From assembly GCF_006345805.1 (NCBI RefSeq), contig NW_021834350.1:1-51501 (forward strand): DNA of 51,501 nucleotides, in the 5' to 3' direction. Positions 50,617 through 51,501 of this stretch are shown piece after piece (positions within the stretch are counted from its first letter, which is position 1; each line of letters begins with the position of its first letter). The DNA comes from Octopus sinensis. Its lineage: Eukaryota. Under the pieces are notes generated by a model. It searched no databases, was not told where the DNA came from, and was given only the letters and a program-made list of their open reading frames with translations. The translations under genes and the position numbers were made by a program.

Positions 50617-51012
50617 TCTTTATATATAAAAGTCAAGTTGTGTGTCTGTTTCCTACGATTTAGATTCCTGACTACTCCCACATTTTGCGGTGCAGTTTAA
50701 CCAAAAGCGGGTATCTTATAGTCGTGATTCATATCAAGCCCTTCTGGGTATTAGCGCGCGTCTATGATGAGTCTACGATATAAAAAATAATTAACCATCA
50801 ATTTTTCCCATTTTAATGCATTTTTTCGCTATTATATAAGGGAAGTAACTCTCTAAAAATGTCTACGATGAGTCAACGATTTAAAAAAAAATTTACCATA
50901 ATTTTTTTTCCATTTTTGCATTTTTTTTGCTATTTTTTGGGTATAACTCTCTAAAAATGCTTATATAGTTATTTCCCTTACAAACCCGAGCAACGCCGGG
51001 CGATACTGCTAG
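50617..51012 (+). mobile_element. Non-autonomous Helitron, copy 3
   Basis: TC start, cccgagcaacgccggg hairpin, CTAG end, A|T target. Confidence 0.85.
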
Positions 51013-51309
51013 TATAATATATAATACACACAACTCACACACATAGACACACATACACGCACACACACACACGCACATATACATAGCATACTCGCACAAG
51101 TGCGCATGCACTCACTCACACGCCCGGTCGGGTAACAGAATCGCTAGAGCGTTTGACAAACGTAGCACCCTTTGCGTTCCGGTTCCGGCTCTTTGCTTCC
51201 TCAGTTCAAATCCCGCTGAGGTCGACATTGCTTTTCATCCTTCCGGAATCAATAAATATAAACCGCAGCCAAATACTCGGATCGGTTCTTCGCCTCAACT
51301 TTTGCTACA

Positions 51310-51312
51310 TCC

Positions 51313-51363
<51 letters not shown>

Positions 51364-51460
51364 TTTTCTTTCTTTCCTTCCTTCCTTCCTTTCCTTTCTT
51401 TCTTCTCCTTTCCTTTCTATTCCTTCTATCCTCCTTCCTTCCTTTCTTTTCTTTATATAC
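51310..51460. repeat. (CTTT)n/(CCTT)n microsatellite
   Basis: Seen directly. Confidence 0.95.
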
Positions 51461-51501
51461 TCTTCTAAATCTAAACTATCCCTCCTACAATCCTTCCTAA
51501 C

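Overview
AT-rich, repeat-saturated eukaryotic DNA, intergenic or inside a large intron. The microsatellite load and SINE repertoire suggest a coleoid cephalopod (Octopus-like); this is inference from recalled repeat families, not a database result. No intact host gene can be supported, and most ORF-track entries are microsatellite translations. Recognisable content: a decayed CR1/L2-type LINE (11356-14540, -); a 5'-truncated Tx1/L1-clade LINE (29461-32174, +); a Ty3/Gypsy LTR element with both LTRs, PPT and 5-bp TSD but a deleted RT (42721-48203, -); R4/Dong-type LINE fragments; mariner and Tc1 relics; three copies of a non-autonomous Helitron; several tRNA-derived SINE families; and an unclassified ~555-bp element always embedded in (AAT)n. 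Most interesting: (i) a type I hammerhead ribozyme fold with an intact core at 26860-26932, plus several degenerate relatives; (ii) a 30/35-nt shared 3' tail linking the commonest SINE to the Tx1 LINE; (iii) that SINE forms head-less tandem multimers joined at the same point five times; (iv) each LINE clade sits in its own microsatellite type.
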